Assembly: GCA_951406725.2 (NCBI GenBank)
Contig: OX597821.1
Coordinates: 24,552,001 to 24,616,000, forward strand
From: Octopus vulgaris
Lineage: Eukaryota
Direction: 5' to 3'
DNA length: 64,000 nt
In this document: in pieces, positions 57,229 to 64,000 of the stretch
Position numbering within the stretch: position 1 is the first letter of the stretch
How the letters are laid out: each line of letters opens with the position of its first letter
The notes under the pieces: generated by a model
Seen by the model: the letters and a program-made list of their open reading frames with translations, nothing else
The model's database searches: none
Told to the model about the DNA's origin: nothing
Made by a program: the position numbers and the translations under genes

Positions 57229-57945
57229 CAGGGTGCAGTGAATAAACTGTTGTCTAAGTTACGCAAAAAGGAAAATAACATGGACATTTCATTTCAACAG
57301 ATATACTTACGAAAATTACATAAAAATATTTTTAAATATTAAAGAGTAAAATATTTTCAATAAAATTGCTATTGGCTACGGTCTCCAGACGACTTTGGAA
57401 TTTCGTACAACTCTTCTGGGCGGTCTCTTTGTTTATGTTGGTGAACGCTGCCATAATCCTTGCCTTCAGTTCATCTTTGATGTTACAAAGGAGTTTTTAT
57501 TGGTCTCTCGCTCAACTGTGCCCCACACATAATAACCGAGGTTGTAGTCTGGAGAGTTCAGCGACCAGATGCCAGGGGTGATGTGGTCGCAGAAATTGTC
57601 TGACAGCCATGACTAGGTTCTGCTTGTGAGACATGGCGCAGAGTCCTGTTGCCAGACATAGGGTCTTCCAGCAACTACCCAGGGCAGCACTGCCTCCTCC
57701 AGGCATTTGATGTAGACCTCCGTGTTGAGTGTTTTGTAGCGTGGGGAGATGAATGGCGGCATAACGTCGCCATCACTAGTGATCACTCCAAACAACATGA
57801 TGTTGACTGGTTGCTTGATTTTTTTCACTCTCGGTACAAGTGTTGGGGACACGGCAGGCCAACAGTTTTCCCGTGTTCTCCATCTGATCCTGGCAGAAAT
57901 TTTTCTCATCTGAGAAAAACCAAAGCATGTTTGGTTGGAGGAGAT
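57229..57945 (-). mobile_element. maT (DD37D) relic
   Basis: TIR CAGGGTGCAGTGAATAAACTG after TA; PVNIMLFGVITSDGDVMPPF, WQQDSAPC. Confidence 0.9.
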
Positions 57946-57994
57946 CAATTAAAACCAGTGGCCTAGCATATTTAAATTTATTTTTTTTTTACAT

Positions 57995-58558
57995 ACAAAA
58001 TTTAGAAGACTGACCACTAAAAACATGGACAGCCTATATGCTAGATATAGACGTCAAAATCACCATTTTCCACGAAGAATGTGTTCTCAAGAAAAAAATT
58101 CATCAAAAAACCAAAGTGTAAAAATAAGCAAGACAAATGAAAATATACGAAATACAAAAACTATTACCTATGTACTAATTAGTTTCACTTGTTAATATTT
58201 ACGTTTATAGATACGCAAACATACACATAAATATAATTTGTTGAACTTTATGCATGCCGGATTTCGGTCGAACATTCTGTATCTAGTTCTGGGAATTATG
58301 TTTTGTAAACGACAGACTATGCTGACGATCTTGCAGATGTTTGCGTATCCATATACGTAAATATTAACAAGTGAAGCTAATTTGTACATAGGTAATCGTT
58401 TTTGCATTTCGTATATTTTCATTTGCCTTGCTTATTTTTACACTTTGGTTATTTGCTGGTAATTATGTTTTGTAAACGACAGACTATGCTGATGATCTTG
58501 CAGATGTTTGCGTATCCATATACGTAAATATTTTAGTGGTCAGTCCTCTAAATTTTGT
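57995..58558. repeat. Nested inverted and direct repeat structure
   Basis: 28-bp outer inverted repeat; ~113-bp inner inverted repeat (58109-58222 and 58337-58450); ~70-bp direct repeat (58293 and 58461). Confidence 0.75.
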
Positions 58559-58574
58559 GTGTGTGTGTATGACC

Positions 58575-58762
58575 TCGTGTGTACCGTTGGCGATTTTTTC
58601 CTCTGTCTTCCCTTCTCTGGATCTTTCCTTCTCCTATGTTTCCGACGAAGAGCTTCTTCGTGGAAAATGTTAAACCCTCCTTCTTCCCTTCTTTCCTGAG
58701 GCGTCCAATAATACTATTTTGTTCCACGTCCTCGCGTTGTTGTGTTTTTGTGGTTTGGATTA

Positions 58763-58768
<6 letters not shown>
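58575..58768 (+). mobile_element. Hammerhead-element copy with decayed core
   Basis: Homologous to 47900-48103; core reads CCGACGAAGAGC..GAAAATGTTAAAC. Confidence 0.75.
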
Positions 58769-58801
<33 letters not shown>

Positions 58802-58836
58802 CAAAAGAAAAACAGGATACATATACATATACATAT

Positions 58837-58883
<47 letters not shown>

Positions 58884-59682
58884 ATCATGCAAACACATAC
58901 GAGCGCGCAAGCACATGCACATACACATACAAGCGCCAACCAACAACACACCATACATGTTTATTCAAACAGACAAACAAAAACACTAAAAACAAATGTA
59001 TCCAGCGTAATTAAGAACCAACGGATATAAAGTGGAAGAGGCTGTGTTTACCTCGATTTCTGAAGAGCACGCCTCGCACCTGCAGCCACGATGTGAGGTA
59101 AAAATAGACGGGAAGATTCTTGTCGGAAGAGACACTAGGGGCCCAGGTCGATCTCCTCCTCTAAGCGGATGGTGACACGAGCTTCACTTCCTCTCTATAA
59201 GGGGTGGTAAATGGGTAATGGAAACAAAAAGATCCTCGAAATACGAAGAAAATTGTAAGAATAACTTTCATAATTTGAGAAATGACACACATATACACGC
59301 TTGTGCATGCACTTATGCACGCGCACGCAGACACATACGCACATGCATATACACATACACGCATGCACACGCGCACACAGCACACATGCAGGCATGCACA
59401 AATACATACACACACAAACATGTAGGCATGCACAAACACATACACACACGCACTTTCACACACAATTTGTTCACAAACAGATGATGATGATGATGATGAT
59501 GATGATCCTGTCTTAAAATTTGGGGATAGGGAGCTAGTTGATCATATCGTCCTCAGTGCGTGACTGGTACTTATTTGTTCACAAACAGATGATGATAATG
59601 ATGATGATGATCCTGTCTTGAAATTTTGTCCGGAGTGGTAATGACTCTCGCATCTTGCCGCCTTAACGATAGTAATAATAAT

Positions 59683-59887
59683 AAAGGTTTTAGAGCAGCA
59701 ATTTTGGAGGAGGAGATGAGTCGATTACATTGACACCAATATTCAACTGATACTTGATTTATCGACCCCGAAAGAAAGGAAAGTAAAGTCGACCACGGCG
59801 GAATTTGAACTCAGAACGTTAAGTCGGATGAAATGCCGCTAAGCATTTCGTCCAGCGCACTATCGTTTCTGCCAGCTCGCCGCCTTA
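59683..59887 (-). mobile_element. SINE family B, (ATT)n-tail variant
   Basis: Homologous to 32162-32375; abuts (TAC)n(AAT)n. Confidence 0.85.
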
Positions 59888-59891
59888 GAAA

Positions 59892-59996
<105 letters not shown>

Positions 59997-60159
59997 TAAT
60001 AATAATAATAACAATAATAATAATAATGATGATGATGATGATGTGACGATGATGAAAGTAACAGTAATATCCATAGTAAAGGTATTCTACCTTATTTTGT
60101 CTTCTTCGTTTGCTCCTACTTCTCTTCCTCCTTCTTCTCCTCGTCACTCGATATATATG

Positions 60160-60563
60160 AATGCATGCCCGGATGCATGCATGTATGTACGTCCATCCGT
60201 CCGTCCGTCCGTCCGTACGTATGTATGTATGTATGTATGTATGTATGTATGTATGTATGTATGTATGTATGTATGTATACATGCATGCATGCATGTATGT
60301 ATGTATGTATGTATGTATGTATGCATGTATGTATATGTATGTATGTATGTGTATGTATGTATATATGTATATGTATGTATGTATGTATGCATGAATGTAT
60401 GTATGCATGTATGTATGTATATGTATGTATATATGTGTATGTATGTATGTATGTATGTATGTATGTATGTATATGTATGTATGCATGTATGCATGTATAT
60501 ATGTATATGTATGTATGTATGTATGCATGCATGTATGTATGTATATGTATGTATGTATATATG

Positions 60564-60595
<32 letters not shown>

Positions 60596-60630
60596 TGTAT
60601 GTATGTATGTATGTATGTATGTATGTATGC
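60160..60630. repeat. (TATG)n degenerate microsatellite field
   Basis: Direct reading. Confidence 0.95.
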
Positions 60631-61014
60631 AAAGTTAAACTGAGCTTGCTTAGGTGTGTGCGTATATTTATTTGCGTTTGCGTGTGCTTTTAACTGTGTG
60701 CTTATTAATGCATGCGTGTACTGAGCTGTATGTGTTAATGTGCGTATGTGTTAATGTCTGTATATGTGTGTATTAATATATGTATGTCTATATTAATGTA
60801 TATATGTGTCTGCATCAATGCATCTGAGCTTTTTTCTACATTTTTCACGATAGCCTTTCCGTGTTTAATTCCCTTTATTTCATGTATATCTGTTTTTAAT
60901 GGTCCTTTTATATCCACCCTTATACAATCCTATACCACCCTTATTCACCCACTCTTTACCCATCAGTCATTTTTTCCACGTTCATTTAACTGTCATGAAC
61001 CACCAAACCAACAC

Positions 61015-61180
61015 TGGCCGGGAAAAGTGACCGGAAGTCCTTATTTAGATGGAAGGAAGTGTTCAGGAAGGAATGAGTTATAGTTGAGTTTATACCCCAT
61101 GCACTTCCGGTTTCGTATTTTGCTAAATCCTTTAAACAGTATGGCGACGGCTCGCGCGTGCGCGTGTGTGTGCGTGTGAA
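61015..61180. promoter_or_regulatory. Candidate housekeeping-type promoter
   Basis: ETS motifs ACCGGAAGT (61030-61038) and ACTTCCGGT (61103-61111), YY1-like ATGGCG (61141), CpG-rich GCGCGTGCGC, in non-repeat DNA. Confidence 0.4.
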
Positions 61181-61413
61181 TCTGTTTGTCGAGATTTGTT
61201 TGGCTTTTTTGTAACTTTTTTGTGTTAGATATACTGTTTCAGCGAATGATTCAGTATTTCTTACCAAAATGTGATCAAAACAGTTGAAAAAAAATGTTAC
61301 ATTTAAACTATTTGATATGCATAATTGTTATGAATAACTGCAGTTAAAAATTACAAAAAAAAAAAAATCCCAAGTGAATAAATAATTGTTATTCGGTTCC
61401 TAAATTTTCACAA

Positions 61414-61831
61414 CAGGAGCGGCTGTGTGGTAAGTAGCTTGTTAACCAACCACATGGTTCCGGGTTCAGTCCCACTGCGTGGCATCTTGGGCAAGTGTCT
61501 TCTGCTATAGCCCCGGGCCGACCAATGCTTTATGGGTGGATTTGGTAGACGGAAACTGAAAGAAGCCTGTCGTATATATATATATATATATATATATATA
61601 CGTATATGTGTTTGTGTGTCTGTGTTTGTCCCCTTAGCATTGCTTGACAACCGATGCTGGTGTGTTTATGTCCCCGTTACTTAGCGGTTCGGCAAAAGAG
61701 ACCGATAGAATAAGTACTGGGCTTACAAAAAGAATAAGTCCCGGGGTCGAGTTGCTCGATTAAAGGCGATGCTCCAGCATGGCCGCAGTCAAATGACTGA
61801 AACAAGTAAAAGAGTAAAAGAGTAAAAGAGA
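61414..61831 (+). mobile_element. SINE family A
   Basis: Near full length, little divergence from other copies. Confidence 0.92.
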
Positions 61832-62378
61832 GTATCCAATTAAATATTTACAGAGCAAAATTTAGATAGATAACGAAGGAGAGAATAACAGAGAAAGAAA
61901 AGAATGTGCCAGAAATCGAAACCCTAACCTAGATTTTTCCACCAGTTCCTTTCCATTGTTCTCTTCTTCCGAACTTAGAAATTTGTGAGGGCAACGGTGA
62001 AAACTAGATAAGTTCTGTTGTTTAAGTCAACGTTCTTGGGTTAAATTCAGGGTAACATAGATAAGAAAATTTACTTCTCATTGTTATGAGAGCTACATTC
62101 AGCTTTCCAGTATGTATATATACGAACCCTTTCAGAATATTAGGAAAGAGTCGTTTTCGATTTCAGACTCAGCACGTTTTTCTATTCCTAGCAAACAGCC
62201 TCTTCCTAACGTCTGCAACAGATGCAGTCATTACCAAAAGTGTTTGAGCTTCGACACTGCTATTTTCTCCTCACAGCTGTAAAACAGCTGACCTCTACCG
62301 CCTTTTGTATATTGACCCTAATGTTGCACTCTCAGGAAAATAGAATCGGTAAGAAATAATTTGCTTATTTCTCTCTCT

Positions 62379-62783
62379 ACTCTTTTACTCTTTTACTTGT
62401 TTCAGTCATTTGATTGCGGCCATGCTGGAGCACCGCCTTTAATCGAGCAACTCGACCCCGGGACTTATTCTTTTGTAAGCCCAGTACTTATTCTATCGGT
62501 CTTTTTTGCCGAACCGCTAAGTAACGGGGACATAAACACACCAGCATCGGTTGTCAAGCAATGCTAGGGGACAAACACTGACACACAAACACGCACACGC
62601 ATATATATATACATATATACGACGGGCTTCTTTCAGTTTCCGTCTACCAAACCCATTCACAAGGCTTTGGTCGGCCCGAGGCTATAGTAGAAGACACTTG
62701 CCCAAGATGCGACGCAGTCGGACTGAACCCGGAACCATGTGGTTGGTAAACAAGCTACTTACCACACAGCCACTCCTGCGCCT
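62379..62783 (-). mobile_element. SINE family A
   Basis: Full length; inverted relative to 61414-61831. Confidence 0.92.
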
Positions 62784-63268
62784 TAATTTCTGTTGATTTT
62801 TTTTTTTCATTTTTAATGGAGCATACTACCCTGTCTCGTGAAGTTTAAATAATCTAACATTATCTGTCAAATATCTGTCTGAGTATCTGTATTTGTGTTA
62901 TGTTTGTCCTCCATCACCGCTTTTCAACTGATATCTGTTTTGGTACCAGTAAATTAGCCGTTCGGCAAAGAGACTGATAGGATATGTACATGGTTTTAAT
63001 TGTTAGACCAAACACTTCAAGGCGATGCCCCATCATGGCCGCAACCCAATGACTAAACAAGTAAAACGTAAAAGATTTCAAACAGTCGAATAAATTTTAT
63101 GTCGCGTTATAGAGAAAAGTAACGTTTCTGTATATCTGTCTACGTTCTAAGTAGTACAAGTACAAGCCATACTAAGTTATTTTTCTTACGTCATATTTGC
63201 TTATATATCTGTGTATGCGCGCGCGTATGTGTATATATATATATATACACACACGCATACATACATAG

Positions 63269-63317
<49 letters not shown>

Positions 63318-63413
63318 AGTGATACTCAGTTTACCTACCATTATATAAAATACCAAATGTTCTTTCCCAAACCTTTCATAATGTGATACAAGTCTTTGGT
63401 GTAGCAATTGCAT

Positions 63414-63506
63414 GCGGCTGAAAAGGGCTTTTAAACTATCTGTTATGTCGATTATATATTGATGTAAGAATAAGTTGTTTTATAAAGCTCGAAACATGTG
63501 CACCGC
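63414..63506 (+). ncRNA. Decayed hammerhead ribozyme with long stem II
   Basis: GCGG-CTGAAAA-GGGCTTT(~50 nt)AAAGCTC-GAAAC-ATGT-GCA-CCGC; stems intact, two core substitutions. Confidence 0.55.
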
Positions 63507-63565
63507 GACATCCTTTGTGTCCTGTTTTTCATTTTGTGCCCTGTTTGTCATTTTATTTCATTTGT

Positions 63566-63616
<51 letters not shown>

Positions 63617-63621
<5 letters not shown>

Positions 63622-63815
63622 CAAATAAGGGAGAAAAAAGACAACAAAAAACAACAATGCGAGGACGTGGTACATGCACAGTTTTAATAAGATGCTCAGA
63701 GAAGGAAAGAAAGAAATGTTTTACATTTCGAGCAAGCTCTGCTTCGGAAATAGGAGACATAGGAAGGTAAAAAAAAGGGGGGGCGGAACTTGCCAACAGT
63801 CCATGTGTAGTTTCA
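63617..63815 (-). mobile_element. Hammerhead-element copy with decayed core
   Basis: Homologous to 47900-48103; core reads CCGAAGCAGAGCTTGCTCGAAATGTAAAAC. Confidence 0.65.
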
Positions 63816-63888
63816 TTATGTATATATTATATATATGCACACATATATTTACGTATGCATAAACAACAAACGATGGCCAAATGTCACT

Positions 63889-63975
63889 TCATTACAGCTG
63901 TTTCCAACGGGTTCTTAAAATAAATTAATGAGTACATTATACCATAACTAAAGAAAAACCGTTCTCTTCAGATAA
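63889..63975 (-). ncRNA. Type I hammerhead ribozyme with long stem II
   Basis: TTAT-CTGAAGA-G-AACGG(~50 nt)CCGTT-G-GAAAC-AGCT-GTA-ATGA; intact core, G.G mismatch at the base of stem II. Confidence 0.7.
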
Positions 63976-64000
63976 TACATAATATTTCAAAACAATATAA

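Noticed and set aside
58318-58510. CTGACGA/CTGATGA-TCT-TGC-AGA as hammerhead cores in a 168-bp repeat
   Set aside because: No GAAA follows the stem in either copy.

Overview
AT-rich, microsatellite-saturated animal DNA, most likely octopus (coleoid cephalopod), inferred from the tRNA-derived SINE families and the repeat landscape. I can support no intact host protein-coding gene; most ORF-track entries are translated microsatellites. The window is a mosaic of mobile DNA: Helitron/Helentron derivatives (one carrying a Pif1 helicase fragment), Tx1-, R4/Dong-, RTE- and CR1-type LINE pieces, Penelope GIY-YIG remnants, Tc1/mariner relics (mariner, Tc1, maT DD37D, rosa-like), a hAT MITE, foldback elements and more than 25 SINE copies. 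Highlights: (1) many type I hammerhead ribozymes from several unrelated small-element families, including a ~400-nt tandem retrozyme-like unit at 53.0-53.6 kb and several with large stem II insertions; (2) a decayed HDV-like ribozyme at the 5' end of an RTE-like element; (3) a young Tx1 LINE inside a (GATA)n array whose 3' end is shared with one SINE family, a candidate Tx1-SINE partnership; (4) a rearranged block at 9.8-21.2 kb with an inverted duplication, a 173-bp palindrome and a 4.9-kb tandem duplication. All calls were made by eye with no database searches; boundaries of decayed elements are approximate.
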